A DNA stretch of 64,000 nucleotides from Octopus vulgaris. Lineage: Eukaryota. This document shows, in pieces, positions 37,445 to 51,989 of the stretch. Made by a program: the position numbers and the translations under genes. Where the stretch lies: assembly GCA_951406725.2 (NCBI GenBank), contig OX597823.1, positions 54,498,001 to 54,562,000 of the forward strand, written 5' to 3'. The first letter of the stretch is position 1; every line of letters begins with the position of its first letter. The notes under the pieces are model-generated. The model had not been told where the DNA came from. It made no database searches and was given only the letters and a program-made list of their open reading frames with translations.

Positions 37445-39684
37445 AATAATAATAATAAAGTTATTGCATAGTGTTCGGGTACACTACAACTCATCAGAAA
37501 AGGTAGCCAAAAGTGCATGAACAGTACATAGAATAATGCACAGGGAGTAAGCAGTGAATGAGTCATTAAAAAAGAAAAAAATTAAAAAGAGTGTATCAGG
37601 TGTAATGATGGGCAAATTTCGGAAAGTATGCAAGTTTTCAAAGATGTGGTGTCCCAATAGCTAACAACTGATGCGGATAGTTTATCCCATGCTTCAGCAA
37701 TTCCAACCGCGTAAAAATGTTTCTGAAAGTCATGCATGCTGTGTTGTGTTTTTTAATTTTGTAAGCATGTCCACAGGTATTAGCCATATGGAATTCCAAA
37801 AGGTACCAAAGATGATTGCTGTGAAGATGAAGCAAATAATCTCAAAACTTATGGTATATTGGATGATTACTTTAACTATTATGCAAACTCTTTACATATT
37901 CATTTCTTTCTCAAAGTAATTTGTAATTTGAAAAATTATAATTCAAACAAAATATAAAAACAAACTAATTAAGAAAAGCCTTTTAGTGTGGCTAATTAAT
38001 CTAGTTACTAATTAAGTACAGCCTTCTGCTGTAGCTTTGCAAATGAAATTTAATAGATGGAAAGTGTGCAGAAGACATGCGTGCACGTGTGAGAGTAAAT
38101 GTGTATACTAGTATAAAGCAGTGCATCGAGTTATGTCCCTTTATGCCTATAATGGGTAAAATTTTGCCAGTTGCTAAATAAGATTTAATATTTGTTTCCT
38201 AGATTCTTGTAAAATCACCTAGGCAAATATGTTTTTGTTTTTTTACTTTTTGGTGACAGGGCAGGGATCACTCTTCAAACAAAAACAAACGCCCAGTTTA
38301 GTTAATTTATTTCTGTTTTATCATTTAACTAATTAGCTAATAACTTAAGTAAACTACAACCAGTGCATGTGCTTTTGTTGACAAAGCGATACTCCCAAAA
38401 AACACTGATAAAAACAAGCACCAGGCTGAAATAAGCCTTAAATTCCATATGAGTAGCTAAAATCTTCGAAGGCAGTGTCCTAGGACTACCCTAAACTCCA
38501 ATGATTGTAATGATTACAAAAATAATCTTTTATTAGGGAATGTGAGATCGAATCCCATAGGCTCAGGCATTGGTGTGTGTGATAAGAAGCTTGCTTCCCA
38601 ACCACATGGTTTTGGGTTCAGCCCCACAGTGTGGTACTTTGGGTAAGTGTCTTCTACTATAGCCTCAGGCCAATCAAAGCCTTCCAAGTGGATTTGGTAG
38701 ATGGAAACTGAAAGAAGTACATCATGTGTGTGTGTGTGTGTGTGTGTGTGTGCTTATATGTTTTCCCCACCCCCTGCTTGACAACCAATGTTAGTTTGTT
38801 TACATTCCTGTAATCTAGTGGTGTGGTCAATGAATCCAATAGGATAATTATGAGGCTTAGCAAAAGAAAAAAATAAGAAAAGTACTGGGCACGATTTGTT
38901 TGATTAGGCTAATCCCCAGCATGGTTGTAGTCCAATGATTGAAACCAGTAATCAATAAAAGTTGTCTTTCTCACAAAATTTTAGATTCTTCATTCACAAA
39001 GTGTGTAAACCATTCAAGCCCAAAGATTAACCTATTATGTAAAACATAACCTAGAGTTAACCTGGAGCTAAGCAACAACTTAATCTAAAGCTTGGCAAAC
39101 TAGAAAAGTAATCAGTGATGACATACAAAGCACTGACAAGCCAATGCAGTGGTCACTCAATCTGTTAAAAATAGCAACCAAATCTCTCTTAAAAAATTCA
39201 GTTAAGGTGGAATGGTTATAGCAGAAATACCATCAATCATAGGTCAATGATATTAGTGTAGACCTGTGGGTAAATAACAATGGCAATAACATGGAATAAG
39301 AATTCTTATTTCTTATTGTTTTACTTGCTTTAGTCATTGAGCTGTGGTCATGCTGGGGCATCAACTTGAACGTTTAGTTGATCAAATCAACCTAAGTTGA
39401 TTCTAATGTTATGGGTATCTTTTTGCTGAATTGCTAAGTTATGGTGATGTAAACAAACCAATGCAAGTTCTAGTGTGGTAAGATACAAGTTCACACACAC
39501 ACACACACACACACAAGATAGGGTTCTACAAGTTTCTGTCTACCGAATTCACTCATGACACATTGGTCAACCTAAGACTATAATAGAAGACACTTTCCCA
39601 ACGTGCTGCACGGTGGAATTGAACCTGGTGTCACATGGTTGTGAAGCCATACACTATTACATCAAAAAGCAATAATGTACTTAC

Positions 39685-39893
39685 TTGGCCATTAGTAGGA
39701 CATATGAATGTAATCACAGTCTGTGGAGTGCCAGTACAAGAACTTGCGCTAGTTTCTGATTTGTAAACTAGTTGAAGAGTTCGCTCATCAATAGCTCTTA
39801 AAGCAGTTGTTGGTTGTCCCAAGCCAACTAAATTCTTCTGGATTTTTCCACATGATGCAGAACCTTCTGGACAATTCGATAGAGATGGATCAG
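39685..39893 (-). CDS. IGF2R: CI-MPR exon (repeat 2): DPSLSNCPEGSASC...TFICPTNGQ
   Basis: 209 nt; CAG acceptor, GTAAGT donor; phase 1/0. Confidence 0.92.
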
Positions 39894-41759
39894 CTGCAAT
39901 AAAAGAACGCTAGATTAGGAATATAATATCTGATGGTTACTGTTAATGTCACTCAAAAATGTCTCAACCGTGATGTTGATACATAATTAATGATACAGCA
40001 AATATGACAGCAAGATAATAAATTGATAATGTTAATGCAGAGGAGTCACACTATGGTATAAAATTTAAGACTATTGTAACATGGAATAACAACCAGAACT
40101 AATGTGACATAGTATAACAGTAAGATACAAAGCAACATATGGATGTGACACAATATTAAATCGACAATAAATTTAAGACAATACCACAACTCACTAAGAG
40201 TACCCTGAGAGCTGTATAACAGACCATGTAAAGGGTAAAGACCTCCTTCAGTCATGAATGACCATAGGATTGCACCAAGAAAGTAACCCTCCAAGGCACA
40301 AATCTGGGCAAGGTTGTTTATGGAAGATCATGCATACCAGCCTCTCCGCTCCATGCCACTAATGTTATCCAAGGGAAAGGCAATGGCCGATACAGCTTGG
40401 CACCATAGATGCTGCAACTCATTTCTATAGTTGAGTGAACTGGAGCAACATGAAATAAAGTGTCTTGCTCAAGAACACAACACACAGCCTGGTCCAGCAA
40501 TCGAGCTCACTACCTCATGACTGTGAGCCCGAAGCACTAACCACTGAACCATGCGCCTAACAATAATAATAGTATAACACACCAAACATAACACAAAGAC
40601 AGTAAAACACTAAGTATATTAATAAAGCATGAGTGCAGCATAACGTATCAAATGTAATATGAAGATAAAACAACATTGCCAATGTAAAACATCACTTTAT
40701 AAGTGTAATGAAGGCAATACAATACACATTGTGTATAAAGCCTGTATACTGTGTATAAAGACTGTATAACAGCTAGTTAAACAGAGTATAACATACCAAG
40801 TGTAATAAAGTCAGTATAACACACCAAGTATAACATGAAGGTAAGTACAATGCACCAAAAATAACAGAATACAACAAACTAAATGTAACAGGAGAGTGCA
40901 ACACACAAACAGAATGGTTTCAAATTTTGACACATGGCCTGCAAATTTAAAGCAGGGAGTAAGTTGATTACATCAGTCCTAGTATTTGACTGGTACTATA
41001 TTTTATCAACCCGGGAAGAATGAAAGGCAATGTTGGCCTCGGCAGAATTTGAACTCAGGACATAAAGAGGCAGAAGAAATGCCACAAAGCATTTTGTTCG
41101 ATGCACTAATGATTCTGCCATCTTAATACAACATTAACCAAACAATGTAGGATCAATAGATCTAATGTAACATTAAATTGACATACTAACAGTAATGTTA
41201 CTGCAACACGCAAATGCTAGCTAGCATCTACATTATTTTGGGGGTTGCACTGCAATCTTTTCACTTGGGTAATTGAAAATGACAAATACAATGAATTCTG
41301 TATGATGAGGCCATATTTGATAATATTTGAGATTTTTCATCAAGAGAATAGCGATGATCTAACATCAAAGTTAGTTCTCTCTCAGTTCTCTAGGTACATG
41401 TCAGTTTGCGGTTGAAACTCAAGATGAGAATCTGTCATAGCACAGAGTGGCAAAAAAGAAGTTTAGTGATGAAAGGATGTATATAACTAATGAGATTTAA
41501 AATGTCAAAACAATCCATAGTTCACCGACTACCTGCTACATTTTATCTTACTTTTTTTTTTTAGAAGTTAAAGAGTTGTTTATCATATTAGTTTGCTCCT
41601 TATACAGTATAACCATTTGACTCAGAGAGTTATCACACCTACTCTCTTGCATGCTCCTTCACAATATCTTGTTTGTATTCTATCATTTCAGGAGGGTTGC
41701 CCAAACTAAAACCACCCTTTCTCTCCAAGTGTTCCTATCTTCTATGACATTTCTAAGGT

Positions 41760-42260
41760 CTTCTATTTGTAACTCAACATCACAAGAGTTGACCAATGTA
41801 CATCATTCTGGGTCATATATCAGAATTGCCGTGGCTCACTATCCTAAGAAGGAGATCACTCGCTAATTCATTATTGCTTCAACAGCAGTGACCAGCATAT
41901 CTTGCATGATTGGTGATATGTGAGGGGCATTGCAACAAGGCTCTTCTTTCATTGGATGTTGTTTCCATGATTCGTTGAAAACAACATATAACGTATGTGT
42001 AGGTCCCATCAAGCTTGCTTTCAATCTTTTATTTTTTGTCAGAATCCATGTTGATGAATGATAAAGAACTGATTCTACAATGGCTCTGAAGAATTCCCTT
42101 TCCATTCAGTCAGACAATATAGACTTCCAAATTATTCTTAATTTGTCCAGTGCAGTCCATGCTTTTACTATATGAATGGAAACATTTTCTCAGTGGATGA
42201 GATATCACTCCTGAGCTAAGAGAAACATTCGATCTTCTTCAGTGGTGTACTGCTCAACAA
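41760..42260 (-). mobile_element. Second RTE/RTEX-like LINE C-terminal relic
   Basis: FFRAIVESVLYHSSTWILTK...NESWKQHP resembles the LLYGxETWTLTK...SWxxHxT motif. Confidence 0.6.
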
Positions 42261-42907
42261 GTTGATCTGGTTGTTCACCAAGTTTTATTTACTAGAAATG
42301 TGGAAAAGGCTCTCAAAGTATTTATGGGTTAACAAGGCTACCGTTAGTTTCATGCTGAGAATTCTCAGCGATTATCAAGCCTGCCACATGGGACATTGGT
42401 ACTTATCTCCATCTTGGATGAAAATACAATGAAGTTACACGATACTGTGCAGGAGTTTGAAACAAACAAATAAATATAATATGACAGTACTGCAATTAAT
42501 AATTATATATCTGGTCAGGTGACTTGTCCAGACTAATGTAACTCTTTTACACTAAATGTTCCAATCATCCACAGCAGTCTTCATATTTTATTGAGCCCTG
42601 GTAAAAGATAGCAGTGAAGTTGTTTTTCTCTCTCTTCATAAAGGATGTAGAAACATACCTAAACAAAAGAAGGCAGTTTTAGTCCAATGTTGTACTCTTC
42701 TGACACAATGCCACTTTTGCAATGTATATAAATATATGTAAAAGAATAATTCTTTCAAGATTTTTTTAAAAACTAGTCAATATTATTTCTAAAATTTTAA
42801 AATTAAGCATACAGTAAATTTTGGTTTAAATGAAAGGATAGATTGGAGAAGGAAAATGACAGTAAGAAAAAAGAGAATGAGGGGACAAAAGAGGATTTCT
42901 AACTTAC

Positions 42908-43151
42908 CAGGATCTTTAGTGATGGCACGACAAAAGTTGACGACAAAATCGGGTGAACCATCGGATTCAGATACCAGCTTGTAGGCACCTTTCAGCTTTA
43001 TCAAAGGTGTCAGGTCTCGCTTCTTTCCTTTCACATACACATAACAAGGCACTTCTTTCACAGTTTCTGTCCGCTTCTTACAAGCAACAAGGGATTCCCA
43101 CTCAAACACCTCTGTGCAGCTGTTGTCTTGGCTTAGAAAATTGGGTGAACC
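42908..43151 (-). CDS. IGF2R: CI-MPR exon (repeat 1/2): GSPNFLSQDNSC...VNFCRAITKDP
   Basis: 244 nt; AAG acceptor, GTAAGT donor; phase 0/1. Confidence 0.93.
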
Positions 43152-43243
43152 CTTAAGAAACAAAGAAAATTTTAAAATGTGAGATTTAGCTGCTATTTCT
43201 AGGAGTTTGAGTTAATTTGCAGATGTTCCTTTATTGTTTTGAT

Positions 43244-43452
43244 CAATGGTTCCCAACCAGGGCTACCGGAGATGTGACCCTCAAGCATCCTTACGAGCCA
43301 CATGTATCTGATAGTCTTTTCTTGATAAATATAGTTTTTTTCCTTAACTGACTTCTGTTTCCTTTTTCTTTCTTTTTTTTTATGCAGCCCCCTTAAAAAA
43401 AAATCCAGGTTTGGGTCTGGCTCAGGTATTAATAAAATGTTGGGAACCACAG
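43244..43452. mobile_element. hAT-type MITE
   Basis: TIRs CAATGGTTCCCAAC / GTTGGGAACCACAG; 8-bp TSD GTTTTGAT / GTTTTGAC. Confidence 0.85.
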
Positions 43453-43856
43453 GTTTTGACTACATAATGGGAACAGGCATAGATTTAAAACAATGTTTGC
43501 ATTATTAATTAACATACATTGGTGACATAGAAAGTAACTGTGGTTATATTGTTGTAAAGCAAGAAAGTGTTTGATTGTAGAGTGAAAACAATTCAGTGAT
43601 TAATCAATAATGACATACAGCGAAGTAGTTTGTCAAACAGTTAAAATTGCAAACTGAGAAATTGTGATTACCAACAGACATATCTTGTGACATGGAATGG
43701 TAGCTTGAAGGCGCATGGCTCAGTGGTTAGAGCGTTGGGCTCACAATCACGAGGTAGTGAGTTTGATTTCTGGACTGAGCTGTGTGTTGTGTTGTGTTCT
43801 TGAGCAAGACACTGTTTCACATTGCTCCAATTCACTCAGCTGTAAAAAATAAGTTA

Positions 43857-43970
43857 TGAATTGCATCCTTGACCACTCCACAAGCTTGTCAAGCCTCAAG
43901 AGGACACTTTGCATGATTCGCTTGTCTGTTGATAGAAGGGTCATGTCATCCATGAAGCCCTTCTTAGATG
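43857..43970 (-). mobile_element. Non-LTR reverse transcriptase fragment (FMDD type, HERO/NeSL-like)
   Basis: KGFMDDMTLL...LLRLDKLVEWSRMQF. Confidence 0.6.
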
Positions 43971-46321
43971 ATTGTACATGGGCAATTTGTTCTGAAAAGT
44001 CCACTGCTTTCAAAATCATCTCCTTGACTAAAATAAACTGCATGAGATATTGTGCAGCCAGAAGCAATGCCAATTTCCAATCAGTACCAATCTGTTGTAA
44101 AATCTCCAGCTGTAACCCTCGTCTTGAAACTGTCATAATATATTCTCATTAACCATGTTACTTTGTCTGGAATGTGGATAAACCTTCTTTGGCTAAACTG
44201 GAAAGTTAAACCAGGTATAAAAACCCTTATCCAGCCATATCTAGCCAAAATATTCTACCTGTTTTATGTTCAAACCAGCCATATCCAACTTCTCACACCT
44301 TCCCTACAAAGTCATTCTAAAAGTTAGCAATCACATCATTGAAATATCAAAGCTATGAGGTAATGTATGATTATTTCAAAACGATGTGAATAAATATGTA
44401 TTGTATTTGACAGAGTAATCTGAATCCTAAATGTTTAACAATTTTGTGTATTGTTGTAAAGTGGAAAAATTCATTAATCCTTTAGCGTTCAGATTATTTG
44501 GTTGAATATAATGCTTATTTATTCACATTGTTTTGAATTAATCATATATGATCTTGTAGCTTTGAGATTTTGATGATGTGACTATTTTTAGAAGGACATT
44601 GTAGGGTAGGTGTAAGAGGCTAGATCTTGACAGTTTGAACATATAACAGAGAATATTTGTGCTGGATATGGCCAGTTTAAATACTAAAGGGTTAAATATT
44701 CACTACATAGTTATGAATCAGGAAATGTGTAAAGCAATCATTGAATAGTTATTAGGTGGAAGAATGGGATTTAATTAAAGGGGATAATCATATTGCTTAA
44801 GGATTTCGTTGAACATGAGACACACCTATCAAGAGATAATCACCCTAACAACTTAAGTTAACAAGAAAACTAAATTTCTTTCAAATCCTACCCTATCTTA
44901 AGAAGGAAATGAACACATTGACTAATGTAATCTCAGATACATGTCACAGCTGGAAAGTCTTTAACAAGAGGTTTCTCAATCAGGACTCTCCTGAAATAAG
45001 CTATTCCTCTTAACATTAATATCCTTATATACTACAGATCTTTCATCTTTTACCTGTATCAGTCATTGGACTGCAGCCATGCTGGAGTACCACTCTGAAG
45101 ATTTTAATCAAACAAATCACTCCCAGTACTAATGCTTTTTTTAAGCTTAATACTTATTCTACCAGTTCCTTTTTGCCAAATTGTTAAGCCATGGGGGCTT
45201 AAACAAACCAACACCAGTTGTCAACTGGTGGCAAGGGATAAACACAAACATATATAATCAGTTTTCACTAACCAAATCCACTCACAAGGCTTTGGTCAGC
45301 CTAGGGCTGTAATAGAAGATACTTAACCATGGTGTCATACAGTAGAACTGAATCCTGAATCATGTGATTGAGAAAGAAACTTCTTACCAAAGTTTTTTTT
45401 TAAATTTCTAATATCAGCTTCAAAACCATAGATATGCCAATATATCTTCGAGTCAACCCTCACTCCAGAACTCACAGAGCCAGTATTAAAATTTCATATT
45501 TATTATGCTAAGCAAATAGAAACATTTTATCTCCAATTTTTGACACAATCTTAAGTCAATCCCCATAACTTAACAGTTCATTAAAATGAGACCAACAGAA
45601 GAAATACGAGATGTGAAATATGTCCTGGGTTAATCTGTTTAATTAAACTCTCAAGCATGACCACACTACAGTCCAATGACTGAAACCAGTATAAAAGAAA
45701 AATCCAGCACTACACGATAATGAAACAGTCACAAATTCTATAATGCTGCCACTGCTTACAATAGCAAAGTATTGTTTCTACCTAGTGGTCAAATTTTACA
45801 GTTAAATAGACTAGACTACTTCAGAGAAAATCTATCTGGTCAACAGAATGCAGGGATATAAAACTACTGTTCACTTAAGTTTAGAGTACAGACAGCATGA
45901 TCAACAGAATTGGATATTAACTATGTCTAAAAAAGAAAAGTCTGAAAAAATTCTTGTTAAAAAAAATCTAAGCACCAACTATTGTTTATTTAACTGTATA
46001 ACATCTGTTGTGCATACATCTTGTCATAAGCCACAAAAACTGAAAGCTTGGACAAGCTCTAAAGATTCTTTATGTCTGAGCAGCATTATGAATGAATGCA
46101 ATTATAATATCAACTGGTTGTTGCAGAATTATTGACACAGTACAATATGTAGTACTTCAGTTTCATAATCTGTAATTGTGTGTGTGTGTGTGTGTACACA
46201 TGGCTGTGAGGTGAAGTTTGCTTCCCAACCACATAGTTAGGAGTTCAATCCCACTTAAAGCAAACTAAAACTTCATAAGTGGATTTAGGTGATGGAAACT
46301 GAAAGAAGCCCAATGAAGATA

Positions 46322-46800
46322 CAGGGTGTCCCAAAACAAAAAAAAACATATACACATTTTAACAGCTGATAACTCAATTTCTATTTCTTTTAAACCTAAA
46401 GTTTAACCATTAGAAATAACAAAAGGAACCAGGCTAAGCTTTGAAAGAAAATTTACCCTAAAGTTTGAAAACACAGTTGAAATGCAAAGACAATTTAGGA
46501 GAGAGTTTTAAAGAGATCTGTCTATGCAATTTACCATCACTAAAATTAGAGATAAGCTTGAAGCAAATGGAACTGTTCAGAATGTCCACAAAAAATGTTT
46601 CGGAAGACCGTGGCCATTCATGAGCCTTGCTCTGGTAGCAAGCAAGTAATGAGATAAGAATTTCAAAATCAGGCGTCCATTTTGAAGTGCTGTCAGTGGA
46701 AAAGTTCTAAGAATGGTCCATCCTCTCAATGAAGATGATCCAGACCGAGGAGTGGAGTTTTCAAGTGATACTTGACAAGATGTGTAGAAGATGCACCCTT
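46322..46800 (+). mobile_element. Degenerate Tc1/mariner-like left end with HTH transposase relic
   Basis: TA|CAGGGTGTCCCAAAA terminus; remnants FENTVEMQRQFRREF, KIRDKLEANGTVQNVHK, LNEDDPDR. Confidence 0.6.
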
Positions 46801-46861
46801 GTCAAAAAAATTATCTGGCTCTGAGCATTTGAAGATGTGTAGAATAAGAGATCCTTTACAA

Positions 46862-47199
46862 CAGTGGTTCTCAATTGGGGTCTATATGACCTCTGGGGCT
46901 CACCTTAAGATTTTGTGGGATCCACACAAGCAAAATAGTAAATTTGGTACACAATTCTATTTTAAGGGTTCATGAAAAATTTTGACTTAGATGTATTTAT
47001 TGCAAGAAACAGCTAGGTTTCTTTCTCTGATGTTTTACACAGCTCAATCTACACATGTGAATGTGTGATACACAAAATAGGAATTTTGAAGCAATTATCT
47101 ATAAAACTAATTTTGAAGCATCAAATGGCTATAGGGGTTGACCAAAATAAAATAGTAATCAAAGAGGTGTATAGGTGAAAAAATGGTTGAGCATCACTG
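46862..47199. mobile_element. hAT-type MITE
   Basis: TIRs CAGTGGTTCTCAA / TTGAGCATCACTG; TSD degenerate. Confidence 0.65.
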
Positions 47200-48233
47200 A
47201 TTTACTTGAAAAACAAGTAAAGTGTTAGTATCAGGAAGAGCAACCAACTGTAAAACAATGTCCCAATAATACAGGATGAGTCAAAAGTAGCACCCAAATC
47301 CTGTTTTAGTATTAATATGTATGACTTCCCAATTGGGAGATACTTCTGATTCCTAATTCTTGTTTTACAGGTTGGGATATCAGAGTATTGACAACATGTG
47401 ACATGATCCACATTTAGTAACTTTCAAAACTGTCAATAATAACCTGCTAAACAACAAAGAAAGTCATGATTTCCCAGAGACTGGGTGTTACATTTGACTC
47501 ATGCTGTATAATCATCTAATCTATGCTAGCATGGAAAAACACAGAAGAAATGAATGAATGTATGTATGTATGCATGCATGCATGCGAGTGTGAATGTGCA
47601 GGGAAATCTTATACATCAAACATCTTGCCTCTGTGGTTAGGAAGTTAGCATGGTTGCAAAGATTCAATCCCACCAAATATAATCTTGGAAATTATATAGA
47701 GCATAATGAAGTCCAAAACCTTGTGAGTGAAATTTGGTAGATAGAAGTTATGTGGAGGGTCACTGGAGGAACCATTCTTATTTTGGGGTGGCATATTTAA
47801 TCTATCACTTGGTTTAATCCTTTAGCATTCCGATTTCTCTGTCAAATATAACGCTTCTTTATTTACGTCATTTTGAATTATGCATTATCTTGTGGCTTTG
47901 AGATTTCAATGATGTGATTGCTTATTTTTAAAATGACATTGTAGGATGAGTGTAAGAGGATAGATATGGCTAGTTTGAGCATAAAACAATATCTGGGCTA
48001 GATATGGCCAGTTTAAATGTTATGGGGTTAAGACTACAATCAGATCACTGGGTGCATTTAGTGGCATACACTCTGTAAAAAGCAATAGAACTAGTTTCAG
48101 AGGCTCTGTATGGGTCCTGGATACTGCCCTTTCTCCTCTAAGCCATAAATATTTTCTTTTTGACACACTAATGAAATGAAGGAGAGAGAAAATAAATAAC
48201 AGTTGTTGATAGCATTAGTAAAGGTTAACTTAC

Positions 48234-48504
48234 CAACGTCTTACCACACTTGAATAAGATATCTGTTCTTAGAGATGCTGAGGAATTTGAGGGACAGACT
48301 CCACCAGTGAATGACACTACGATTTCTTTATCTTTATTTTCATGAGAGGGTGGAGAACTTGTATAATTACCCACTGATATAAATGAACCAGACTTTTCTC
48401 TACAAATCGAACTGCCTGTGGGACATTTATCATGATTCACCGCTGAACAGATGCTGATCCAATAGGTATCATTTGAAGGACTCACAGACATCCATGGGTA
48501 AGAC
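48234..48504 (-). CDS. IGF2R: CI-MPR exon (first found; repeat 1): SYPWMSVSPS...DILFKCGKTL
   Basis: 271 nt; TAG acceptor, GTAAGT donor; phase 2 in, 0 out. Confidence 0.92.
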
Positions 48505-48667
48505 CTATAGAAAATAGAACAGGACTTTAAATACAGTAACAACAAATTAATATGCAAGATAATAAAGAGTTTCTTTGCAGCAGCCAAATGTCTTTCACAT
48601 TCTACAATTGTAAGAAAAGAAGGTAGGTTACATTGGATAATGTAGTCCCAGGTATATAAAAATATTA

Positions 48668-48900
48668 AGGCGGCGAGCTGGCAGAAACGTTAGCACGCCG
48701 GGTGAAATGAGTAGCTGCATCTCGTCTGTCATTACATTGTGAGTTCAAATTCCGCCGAGGTCGACTTTGCCTTTCATCCTTTCAGGGTCGATTAAATAAG
48801 TACCAGTTACGCACTGGGGTCGATATAATCAACTTAATAACTATGTCTGTCCTTGTTTGTCCCCTCAGCGTTTAGCCCCTTGTGGGTAGTAAAGAAATAG
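48668..48900 (+). mobile_element. SINE family B, young copy
   Basis: A-box-like gagctggcagaa, B-box-like gagttcaaattcc, central gcctttcatcctttcagggtcgat...gtaccag. Other copies ~6120, 14340, 32540, 40900-41120(-), 57600(+), 57815-58020(-). Confidence 0.85.
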
Positions 48901-51601
48901 GTATATAAAAATGATAATGACCGGAACACCTATATTGATATATTAGCTCAATCAGTGATGAATTGGGGCCAATAATAATAACAAAAGCTGAACACAGTAA
49001 ATATAAATATTGTAAAACAAATGCTAACTGTCACTCACCAACTATTTTATTTTTCCAACAAAAACAATTGATAAATGTGCTTAAATCAATATTTTATCAT
49101 CATAAACTATAGCTAGCTTCCTCAGTTTTACATTATACTTCTTCCATTACAATCCCATTCACATCTAGGATGCTACACTGTTCTGAGCACTTAAACAGTA
49201 TTTTATTTTGACTTTCAGATGGATGTAAAGTAAATTTGACCATAGATGAATTTCTGTTCAAAACTGTAATAAAAACTGTAATTTCTGTTCAAAACTGTAA
49301 TAAAAATATTGTAAGACATTTTTACTTAATGCACAAAAACTATGTCAATCTAACATTCAATAATTTCTAAATTTGATGAGAAATCAAGCCAGTCAGCCAC
49401 GTGAATTGACACAGTGCAAGATCATTGTGGAGCCACAGATATTACTGAGTAAAATCCATTCTCATGATAAGGTCAACTTCAAAATCATCAAGTCAATGAC
49501 CATAAGATTGTGGTTTCGATTCCTGGATCAGGCGACGTGTTGTGTTCTTGAGCAAAACACTTCAATTCACATTACCCCAGTCCATTTAGCTGGCAAAAAT
49601 GAATAATCCCACAATGGACTGGCATCCCATCCAGATGGGGAATATATACACCATGAAACTGGCCCTTATCAGTTGATATGACTTGAGAAGATAACTTCCC
49701 TTTTTTTTACTTTACTCAGTTGTAACCCAACATCACTAATGTATAGACTGCTGCTGCTACCACTAATGTGCTTACACTCCACTGAACAATGACTGAGCTA
49801 CTGACTCATACCAATAGCTTACTCACACTATGAGCAGTAACCAATACAAGGAACTGATGTTGCTGAATACTCTATGGTGCAGCTTGCTGCCAAAGTGGTC
49901 CTATCAGAATAGGTAAACCTAAAAATAATGAAAATAGCTGGTGTTGCTCTGAAAGCATTAATGCCATGTGATCTGAACTGGCCAATAGAAGCCTATACAT
50001 CTAGAAACCATCTTAAATTTCCTTCCAACCTTCCACTCTGCCACTGAACATCTGATAAAATGGACATGTTTTACATGCCCACAAAAATCTCTTTCAGTCC
50101 CATATTACTTGGAAACCGAACAGATTTTTTGCACAGTTCCATGTACCAAATTTCACTTACAAGGCACAGGTCAGAAATTAATACAGAAATTCAGTCTTAA
50201 GCAATGTGGCAATGCCAATAATGGATTATAAAATGTGTTAAGCTAAAAGAAAAGAACACCATTTACAGAAATGGATTCTTGGTGGTGGATATCGAACTGA
50301 ACCAGTCATGTATCTCAAAATTCCACATACATGCTAGTCACAAATCAATGAGAAAGCCTTCAATGTTATTGTTTGATCTGCAACAAATAGTAAAACAGCA
50401 GCTTTAAAATCTGCTTTACATCATTCATTATAGTCTTATGAAAGAAAAAGAAATGCTGTCCAAGATACAATAAAGGATGGGATGATCGTAGCTGGAATGC
50501 TTTTGATTATAGTATTTCAGAGATGACCAAGGGCTAAACAACAAATACTCATGATAGCATGACATCATCCTCATTTTGCTGTCAACTTTTCCATGCTCAC
50601 ATGAGCTGGATGGAATTTGAGGAGGCAGATTTTCTATGGTCGGATGCTCATCTTGTCACTATCCTTCACCTGATTCCAAGTAAGTTAAAATTTCTCCATG
50701 GCCAGACATGTCTTCATGGAAGCTTAGAAACAAAGGACGCTGCTTATATGACAGTGACACTCATTTACAACTATCATGCAAGGTCAAAAGAAAGAAATCC
50801 TAATACACACACACACACACACACAACAGGCTTCTCTCAGTTTTCATCCACCAAATCCCCTCACAAAGCCTTAGTCAACCAGGGGTTATAACAGAAGTCA
50901 CTTGCCCAACGAGGTACATGGTGAGACCGAATCAGAAACCATGTGGTTGGGAAACGTACTTCTTAACTACACAGCCATAGCTGTACCTCAGACAAAAAAA
51001 AAAATTACCAAGGAAGCTGTACATGCGCTCAAATTGCTAGTGATAACAACCATACATCCCTCAATTCACAGTCTTATAAAAGAATGAAAACAGACAATTG
51101 TCGATTAAAAGTCTTTGATCATAGGACTGTATTATCTGGGCTGATCTGGGTTTAAACAACAACAATAACAACTAAATAAAATAGCCAATATCATATCATC
51201 ATAATCATCTCTCAAAACATCGGACAAACTATGAAATGACAAAGAACAAAGTTCAACACAAAACAAAGCCTACAGGAGAAAGACTGAGAGTGTGTATGTG
51301 TGTGTGTGTGTGTGTGTTCAAGTATAAATAAGTGTGTGGTATGGATATAGATTTGTGTGAAAGCATGTATATGTAAAAGAGACAAAGAAAACACTGGAGG
51401 GTGAAGAGAGTGAGAGAGAGGGAAAGACAAAAGAAAACAAAAGATCATTTCCTCCTTGTATTTCATTCTGGTTGTCTAGATAAATATTTAGAGTTTTTCC
51501 TATTGTAATTGCTTTAAAAAAAAGAGTCAAAGTATGATTGAACAAACAATACCCAAAAATAGAACTAGCGCATTAAATATTATATTAATGAGCTAATTTA
51601 A

Positions 51602-51635
<34 letters not shown>

Positions 51636-51989
51636 TTGTTCTCTTTACTGGTTTTACACATGCTGAGGCAACAGCCTTCAGTGGTTTTTGTAGATTACAC
51701 TGACCTAACACTTATTCTAGTCTGCTAGTTATTTTATTGATCTATAGTCATGAAAAGTTATGGGACATAAACATACACAACATAAATAACAACACTACTT
51801 TAGGTGTAGACACTGGCACACACACACATGGCACCTTGGACAGGTGTCAGCCACTATAGCCCCAGGTCTACAAAAGATTTGTTAAGTGGATTTGGTAGAC
51901 AAACTGAAAAAAAAAAAATCCTCTAATATTTTTTGTAGGAAACAGGTTTGAGTTTGTGACGATTTGTTATGTCAAGCTCGAGTGTTGCT

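Larger units (their letters stand above)
1500..48504 (-). other. IGF2R: Partial gene model: cation-independent mannose-6-phosphate receptor (CI-MPR/IGF2R-like), 19 coding exons, MRH repeats 1-8
   Basis: Exons splice into one open frame with matching phases at all 18 junctions. Repeating MRH motifs (C..DL.PL, NVC/NIC, F.C, CxYxFxW.T..AC). CGKTLGSPNF...ACKK...KEVPCYV...DLTPLIKLKGAY closely matches the vertebrate IGF2R repeat 1/2 junction as recalled. Confidence 0.95.
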
